From positions 1 to 64,000 of the forward strand of contig MQRK01222855.1 in NCBI GenBank assembly GCA_001938485.1: a stretch of 64,000 nt of DNA. The letters are read 5' to 3'. This DNA is from Girardia tigrina. Lineage: Eukaryota. A program made the position numbers and the translations under genes. The notes below the pieces were generated by a model that worked only from the letters and a program-made list of their open reading frames with translations, had not been told where the DNA came from and did not search any database. Below are positions 27,901 to 37,600 of the stretch, piece by piece; position 1 is the first letter of the stretch; each line of letters begins with the position of its first letter.

Positions 27901-30900
27901 ATCTTTATTTATTTAAAAATTAATATTTTTATAAAAAAATGTAACTCATTAAAAATTAAAAAAATATTATTAAATTAAGTATTTAGAAAAAATTATTTTT
28001 AGAAAAAAAAATAAAATTTAATAAACGAATTTTAAGAAAAACAAGTTATTTTATCACTTGTAAATTATTTTTAAGATTTTGGTTCACGAAATGTATACTT
28101 TCTAACATCCTCTATGTTTCCTCTTACACATCCCTACCAAACTTGCATCGTCTTATACCTCTTGTGACAATCCAATGTTCACTTCTTATATATTTTAATA
28201 TTTACAACATGTTTTTCATAAATTTTTCTGTAAAAGAAATCTTTAATTTAAATTTTACCAAAATTATTAAGATCCTTCACGAAGACGCAAAAACAAAAGT
28301 GTTGACAAGTGAGTAATATAGTGACTGGTTTAAATCATCAGTAGGAGTAAGACAAGGTTGCATTCTTTAACCAACACTGTTCAACCTTTTCCTTGGGAGA
28401 AATTGTTATGAAAGCAATGGACGATCGAGACAATGCTGGAATAGGCTGCGGAGGAACAAGAATATCCAACCTACGATTTGATGACGACATAGAGCTAATC
28501 CGTAAAGATGAGGCAGAGATTCAGGAATTTACGAATGGATTACACAAAGCGTCAAAGAAATTCGGAATGGAAATCAACAGGCAAAAAAGCAAAGTAATGG
28601 TTTCAGGAAACCATAACAACGAGGTTAAACTGGAGATCGACATTGAAGGGTGTATGTGCAATAACGACTTGAACAAGTTAAGAGTTTCAAATACTTAGGC
28701 TCTACTATCACAGAGAATGGGGGAATCAAAGAAGAAATCAGAAGTCGGATTGGCATTGCAATGATTAGCGCAATAATTAAGCTTATCACAGCTCTTAACC
28801 TCAAAGAAATCCATCTCAAGAGGAGAATAAAGATCACTTAGGCTATTGTCTGGGCAACATTCCTCTATGTAGGTGAAAGTTGGACAAAAAATCAAAAGAC
28901 CATGGATAGACTTAAAGCATTTGAAATGAAGTGCTACATGAGAATGTTGAAGATCCCGTGGAAAGAAAAGAAGACAAACGACTTTGTCTGGTGGAGAGTG
29001 ACAGAATTACCTAAGTAAAAAATCGGAATCAATAGAAGAGACCATCAAGAGAAGGAAGTTGAATATTCTACGATCATCAAATGAGAAAACAAGCACTAGT
29101 AAAGGTTATCAAGAGAATGATTGAAGGAAGAGTGGAAGGAGAAAGACCAAGAGGAAGACCAAAGAGGCAATGGACAGACAATTTAAAATAATGGAGTGGA
29201 TTGAGTATGGAGTGTATGAGAAAAGAAGTGACAAATAGAGAGATGTGGTGAAGATTAGTACATAATTTGGTGCAGAACAAGAATTTAAATTCATTTGTAT
29301 TCTAAAGCTTTCGTAAACAACATCTTGCAATCAACTTAATCTTATAATGGGAATTTTCTGACATTATTTTTTTTACTATATTTAACAATTTAGGGCTTAT
29401 AATTTTTATAAAATATCATATTTTCGAAAATCAAATATCGATTAAGTTCAAAAACAGTTTGCTTTATCTAAAATTACTCAAAATAAACTAAGCATCAAAA
29501 TTATTTATAATTTTAATAAAGTTTGAGTATATTGTAATTCATTAAATGAAGAAACATTTTTAATTAAATGAAATTGGAGGAAATAGAAAAACAATACATT
29601 TCACTAGTTTTATAAAGGTTAAGAATGAATTTAGCATTTCTGATGAAGAACAGCTTGAAAAATCATAAATCGTTACCCCAGCGTGATAAATTTGGTAATA
29701 TCAGGTGGGAAACAAAGTTCATGTACAACCTTTATATATATGTTAATGTTTTATTGATTTTTTAGAAGTAAATCCAACACATTTTAATTGAATATTTATG
29801 CATTTAAGAGCTTCTTGCTAGTTCTGGTGTTCCAAAAATCAACCATTAATTGACTTTCTTTTGTAAAAATCAAATTGCTCTGTTAACATATAATTATAAG
29901 TTCAGCCTAAACGTTGTATCAACGAAGGATTTGGAGAAGAAACAATTAGTCGTTACTCAGCCTGCAACTAGTAAAATAGATCTCCAAGAACAGCCAACCA
30001 TTGGTTCACCTGGGCACTGTGCAGTGATCGATTAGCACTTTTTCCACGGTTGCTATGGATACGGTAACCGTTACTATGGTTACAACCGCCTTGAATCAAT
30101 GTATCCGTTGCTAATGAAAAATATCCCTTGGTTACCGTTGCTATGGTAACTAAGACCTTGGTTACCCTTACCTAGCGAACCGGAACCGTTGCTATGGTAA
30201 CCGCGACCATTGTTATGGTTGCCGTTGCCATGGTAACGGGTGACCCCCGGAGGGTCTTGTGAAGAGAATGCCCATTTCCCCTACTTATCACCTTTAAAGG
30301 AAGTCAGAACCACTGCTGAGACAGTTTTATTTGTTTCTAGAGCACTCTGAAAGGGATACATCTGAAGATGTTGACTTATCCAGCAAATTGCTACGTCGTA
30401 TTTATGCAATAAGTGAGAGAGGGAAAAAGCAAGTTGTCATCACGGACTTCTTCAAGAAAATATAGTGGCTTCTTTAATAAATAAAATATATGTTAATTGT
30501 TTTAACTTCATCACATCTATTGATCATCTATTGAATAAAAGAATGAAAAATATTGTATTTTTGTACTTCGTTAATATTTGTTCAAATTTTTATTTTAGGC
30601 TAACTCGATACAACGTCACCCTCGCCTTACGCCGCTTTTTGGTGGGTCCCGAGAGAGGCATTATAACGAGAGTAGATTGTATAAATAATATTTTGTGTTA
30701 GAGAAACAGATTCAATAGAATAAATTATTTCCAATAAGAAGCAATGCACATTTCATGTATCATGGGCAAAGAGAAAATATCAAATTTAGTCAAAGATCAA
30801 GGGTATCCACCTTAATAAAGAGAGGATAATTATAAGACTAAGTGATTAAATGAAAATCAAAACCCAATTTAAATGTCATCTTTAAATTATATTTACATGT

Positions 30901-33900
30901 AATAAACTAAAACTTAAATGTATGATGATGTAATATGATATTATTTGACCTTATAAGGTTCAAATTTTATCTCAGTGATATCACAGATTTCAGTAGAATA
31001 AAGGATGTGATATAAATATAGTATGACCACAGACCTCAGATTCTTACATGATGTTTTAAGGATGGCAACCCTATGTAATTTCGATATTTAAAAAGATATC
31101 TTTTATTTTTCAACTGTTATCTGGCTTGGAGATAATAGAAGCTTCCTACAACTAATCATTACATAGAATTTACTAGTGCTAACATGATTGTTTAACAATA
31201 ATTTTTGACAATCACTTGTAAATCATTTATGAACGAAGAGAACCGCACTTTGATCAATGTTATAAATAATTCATTATCAGCAAATAATTATCTCTAAATT
31301 TTGTGTCAAATTTTGATTGATTTTATTTTTTAATTTAAATTTTGGTTTTTACTTTTAAAATTAATAAAACAGAAATTATCTAACGCGAAGAGATTATTTA
31401 TATGAATTAAAAAATGAAAAAGAATTAAATGGAAATAACTGAACTTCAACAAGCAAGTTTTTATGAAAATTGGCCATCAAAAATAGGTTAAAACCAAACA
31501 CTATTGCATTTTATATTAATAAATAAATAGAAGACGACACAACAGCAAAAATGTAACGATTAAAAGGCCTACAAAAGTTGCTACAAAAAATTCTCAGTTT
31601 TCCTCATCATGTTTCATACTTTTTGTCCACAAATTTGGTCACGTATATAAACTAGTTCTCAAAAAGTACTTAAATTTATTTACTTATTTATATATTGTAA
31701 GAAAGTGTTGTTATTATTTTTTTTAATTTTCGGAAATAGGAATTTTGATTTTTTAAAAATTTCGAATTATAATCGAAATTAAAAAAAATATTAGAAAATA
31801 AAATTAAAAAAGAAAATAAAAAAAATGAAAATTTGTGTAAATAACAAATTTAACCGTTTGTAGTTTTGAATAAATTTTGAAAGTCTTAATTTCTTTTTGA
31901 TTTAGAATAGAAGTTAATTCCCAAACTAACATATCTAATAGCAATCTTACTTTAATCTCATTTTCTCCCTTTTACAAAGATAAAATCATAGAAAATTAAA
32001 ATTAAATTTATAGTTTAATTTTGAAGACGATATTATTAAAGAAAATTATAGTAACTTTGAACAGGATTCTAAAAATATAATTTTAATTTATTTCTTTTAA
32101 TTTGACTTATTATTTACATAAATAATTATTTTTCGCGAATTGAGTAAAATATATTTTTTTCAAATAATTTTTTTTCTTGTAATCGATGAAACATCATTCA
32201 GAAGGGAGATAAAAATCTTGGAATTAATTTAAAGGAAATGAAAAGAATGATCTGGATCTGATTGATATTTTCAATTAAAAATAAATTTAGTAAATTGGAA
32301 ACAAATTCAAACTGAAAAATCAACGGAAACAATTATCACAAAATAAATCCCTAAAAATCAATGAAGAATAATAATTATATTTTATTCCCATTTTTACGAA
32401 TTTGCAAACGCAAAATCAAAGAAAACTTAAATCATTTTTCTCTTTTACTTCCATTAATTAGAGAGATTCATTTTAATATTTTAATTTATTATAAATTTTA
32501 AAAAAATATTTTTTTCGAAAATTAAAATCTTTTGTCTGAAATATTTTTTAGGCAAATTCATTTTCTAATAACTCATTGAACACCGTATTTAAAAAGGTTT
32601 TACAAGCATTTAATTAATATTTAATAAAAATATTTTTTTAATATTTGGTAATTTATTTTACTTTTATGATCTTAATTTATAAAAAAGACTAGTCTAAAAA
32701 ATCAATGAATTCGAAATTTAAGACAGATTAAAATGTCTTTGAAGATCACAAATGGTAATTATAAATTCATTTAAACGTTTTTATTATTTTACGACTCAAA
32801 AAATATTAAATTGGTGGAATCATTTAATGCTAATTTATTTTGCATAGACTTTATCAAAATCTTATACACCACAATATTTTCAACAATGCTTCACATTTTT
32901 CTTCTTATAACTTTATAAAGGATACTTTATCTTTTTCATGCTATTAAAATATACTTATAGGCCTACTTTCTTTTTGTTAATTTCTGGTCACTAGCAGACT
33001 TACACCTTTATCCTTTTTATCATGAGTATAATAAATTTAATAATTATTTTATAATTGTTCTAATAAAACACTTCAAATGTCAATTTTCAATTTTTTTGGT
33101 AATTAATTTCCGTGGATTGCCCAGTGTTATCTTCAGACTAAATTAACATAGATCCCACAGCTTATATATCAAAGAAATGTTTATGCATTCAAAAATCTCA
33201 TCAAACACTATTTGAAAATGTTTGACAATATAGTTGAGTGTGAGGTTTGAATATTAATTTTTGGATTAATTGATTTGAAATTATTAAATTACTTTTTAAA
33301 TTATCCACATGATGTATGAACTACAAAGTTGATTATTGTAAAAAGTTTTTTTGTAATTTTTAACAGTTACTAAACAAAATTAATTAAATATTTTTAATCT
33401 TTAATTTAATTTCGAACAGTTTCGACCTCTAACTAATATCTGATGTTATTTGCATTTTTAACTCTTGTTCGATTCTGCTCGTATCTATTTTCCATCCTTG
33501 TCACTACATTTTTGTAACTTCGGACTCTGTTTTTGTATGCCGTTATCTTTTACTATATTTACTTGTTCTGTCTCACTTTGAACCCCGTGCATCGCTTTAA
33601 TCTTCTCCTTATATTCTCTACTTCTTTCATCTTATTAAATTGCTCTTACTTTGTAATCGCAGCAATGTTGCAATAACGCTTCCGTAAGACTCTCTTTTGA
33701 TAAATCATGTTTCGAAATTCTTTAAGCAAGTTTCTCTATTTTCTCGAAGAAAACTTCAAGTATGTCGTCTTTCATTTTGTACCGGCACGCAGCTGTTCGG
33801 TCCTTGAATAGATATGATGTCCGATCAAATACTTTTCATAGTCGGTTTTTAAATTCAACTTTTGTTTTACATCTCTGTCCAAAAGACAACATACAATAAT

Positions 33901-34512
33901 CTCTTGTTTGGCTTTCGCGATTCCTGCAAATTGAAAGAATGTCTCACATTCTTCTATGAATGTTTCTACATTATCGTCTTTTCTGATGTTTTAGGAAGCA
34001 ATTGATTTGTAAAAATATGCATCGTAACGTTAGTCGCCATGTTAATTGCATTTATATAGACTTCAAAATTTGAACGAGATGAAATTTTAACAAATTAAAA
34101 ACATTATTTCATGAAAAATTTTTTGGACGGGTTAATGACGCAAAATTATGATTCTGCAATCCATTTCAATCTAATTGATAATTCAACGCTTTGGAAAATA
34201 AGGACCATAAATTCATAATTGATGCATGAAATATTTAGAAAACTAAACAATGTTGGCGATGTACATTACGACAATCGGTAATGACAAAGTCATTACAAAG
34301 TTAGACGTAGAGAATGACATAACAGTTGATAATGAGCAGGTCCAATGTTATACTTGTTCTAAAATATACATACCACTAAACAGAACATTGTGGATTATAT
34401 TATTAGAACTGATTTTGACCGAGTTCTCAAAACAGCAAGTTTGATAAAACAAAATTTTGTCACAGAACATGACAGACCAAATATTAATAGAAAAAAATCA
34501 AGCAAGAAATAG

Positions 34513-34557
<45 letters not shown>

Positions 34558-34595
34558 ATATCTGGATTTTGGCCTGTCGGGATTTTCACCCGCTC

Positions 34596-34638
<43 letters not shown>

Positions 34639-37600
34639 NNNNNNNNNNNNNNNNNNNNNNNNNNNNNNNNNNNNNNNNNNNNNNNNNNATATATATATAT
34701 ATATATTAATCCTTCTACGAATTTGTAAACTTAAAAAAAAAATTGGAAATAATTGATGAATAAAATTCATTTTTGATATTTTTTAAATTAATAATTATTA
34801 CTTTAAAATTAAAATACGCAAAAACAATTTTTACTCTTTATTGACAGTCGATTTCGACAATTTAAAATGAATGTTAAATTTGATTATCTAAATATGCATA
34901 TGATAAGTAAATATTCGACACAAGTACCCCAATTTCTGTGCACATTTTACCTTCAGTGAAAAGTTAATTTTTCAATTCTCAACAGATAATAGTATCTCGT
35001 TGAGATGTCGACCAGACAAAGAATACTAGAGCAGTTGGTCCTGTCAAGGGTGAAGCACCGTCTCTCTGTTGGAGTGATTGGACTCTGTGAAAATACTAGT
35101 TACAATCATATCAAGTATCTGTCTCTTAATCTTACCTAAATCGCACGCACAATCATAACCTAGCTAGATAAAGATTAAATATGGTATCTCAAATGGACTG
35201 CCGAATCTCCAGACAAAACCCCGGTCGAACATGGTTGATTCCTCAAAGACAAGACATTGTAAAATTTGTGCATAAAGCGAACTACAGGTGCAACTCTAGT
35301 GACCGATCTTCAAGAGGAATGGGCCAAGATATCCAAAACACGATTACTGAGATCCTTAAATCAGTGAAAAAACGTGCTTAATTTCCATTCATAAGGAAGA
35401 TCTACTAGTTATTACGAGATGATGAAATGAATTTTTAAAAATATTCATTTTTCGGTAGTGTCAATTTACTTACCGTAATGCTATGACTGCTTAAAGAGTC
35501 TCAGAGTGTTTTAGAAAATATTCAGAACAAATGATGGTACAGCAATTTAGTGTAATATTTTTACCTTAGATCAGGTACTTATTGAACACACCACGTAAGT
35601 AATTCGTAAGTAAGAAAATCGTTGTTAAAAAGAATAATACACGTTGACAGAGATGACGGACTGTCTCTCCAATATGTGGCGTTGCTGATCTTGTGTATAA
35701 ATTTGAGTGTAATTGGTGCAACGCCACATACATTGGAGAGACACTCCGTCATCTATGTAAATGGGTTCGTGAGCATGGACATCTGAGTGGTAGTATTAAT
35801 ATTGTTGAACATAAAAAACATTGTAAATCCTCTGTTAAAATAAATAATTTTAAAGTTTGATGCCGCAATTTTAAAAATTATTGGGAAAGAGTCTCTTGTG
35901 AGGCATTAATAATAATTAATCTAGCAATTAATGTTCAATCAAGTGACTCATCAAATTTGTTGAAAGATTTTGCGTGCAACAGTACATGTACAATTGATTG
36001 CGTTATCTTCATTTTATATTAGGGGCCGTTCATAAATTATGTAACATTTTTAGGGACATTTTGTGACAGTGGAGAGGGGGGTATGATAATTTGTGACGTC
36101 ACAAAGATTTGCTAAGATAAAAATCAACGGTATCAAATCCAAAAATATTTAAGTAATCAATGATAAAATTTGAAGTATGAGTTTTTCATGATTTAATTTT
36201 TATTATTTTTGACTAAATTAGTGTATAACTAAATTAGTTCAATTGATTTTTGTAGCCTAATTTGTTTTTCAATCAAAATTAAAAATGTTTAATATCGTTT
36301 ATTTATATGATAATGTTTAAACTTCAAACTACATGAGAATTAAATTAAAAACAGAAATATATTCAAAAATTTGCAAGTTTATAAATTGACTTTTAGAATT
36401 ATTCTCTTTATACAAATTGCAAATTTTGTAGCATACGTTCTTGAATAATTCTTGAATTTTAGAATTATTTATTTTTGTTTAACAGTCATCATCCACCGCC
36501 TTCAGTCATGCAAGAGACTTTGAACGATTATTGGAACTCGAGGAATTTGATTCAATCACAAAAAATCCAGATCAACAAGAAAAAACCTATCTTCATTATT
36601 TTCGTCGATGGTGGCTCTGATGAGAATCCGCGATATCCGACAACAATCAACTCAGCAATTAATCATTTTCAAAAATATAACCTAGATGCTATTTTCATCG
36701 CCATCAATGCACCAGGTAGAAGCGCATTTAATTCAGTGGAAAGACATATGGTTCCTTTAAGTTGTGAATTATGTGGTGTCATTTTGCCTCATCACCATTT
36801 CGGAACTCACTTAGATGACAATGCAAAAACTATTGATTTAGATTTAGAAAAATTGAATTTTCAACATGCATGCGAAACACTAGCCGATATATTTAATGGA
36901 GTTGTGATTGAAAGCTATACAGTAATTTCAGAATTTATCACTCCAAATGAATCAGAAATTATCACATCCATCAATGCCAGTGAAAAATGGAAAATGATAC
37001 ATGTTCGATCATCTCAATATTTTTTGCAATTAACTAAAGGTTGTGACAAATCCTGCTGTTCAGAACCCTTCTTCAATTTTTTTCCTAATAGCTTTTTGCC
37101 ACCGCCTACATCGATGCAATATAAACCAGAAATGCAAATTGGTAGTCCAGGAGATAGTGGTGCAAAGTTTATGAATTTATTTCAAAATCAGGCATTTTCC
37201 AGTCAGAATATTCCTCACGATACATGTTGTCCTTCTATCATCCAAATTGTTCCAAGTCGAGTCTGTGTAGACTGTAATTTATATTGCGCTTCTTTAGAAA
37301 TGTTAAAAATTTATCGTAAGAGCATCCTTAATTTTTTCTTCATAAAAAATTTAACGATTTTTTGTGATGTCACAAGGCGGGGATTCGGGGTAGAGATTTT
37401 GTGGCACGTTGTGACAGGGGGGAGGAGGTTAAAAAAAGTCCTTTTTTCGTGTTTATTGATGATGGAGTATATCCGTCATCAATAAAAAAAATAATTTTAA
37501 AATGGCGTTTTTTATTTGTTAAAAAACAATTGCCGTTATTTTTTAAATTTCTCAGTTGTTTATAACCCAATGAGAACAGGTGTAACTAAAGTAGACGACA

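Noticed and set aside
30361-30400. CTGAAGAT GTTG...CAGC AAA hammerhead-like motif
   Set aside because: It lacks G12 and lies inside the Tigger coding tail; likely chance.
33095-33140. Minus-strand CTGAAGA...GAAATTAATT hammerhead-like motif
   Set aside because: Stem II does not close next to the core; at best a decayed copy.
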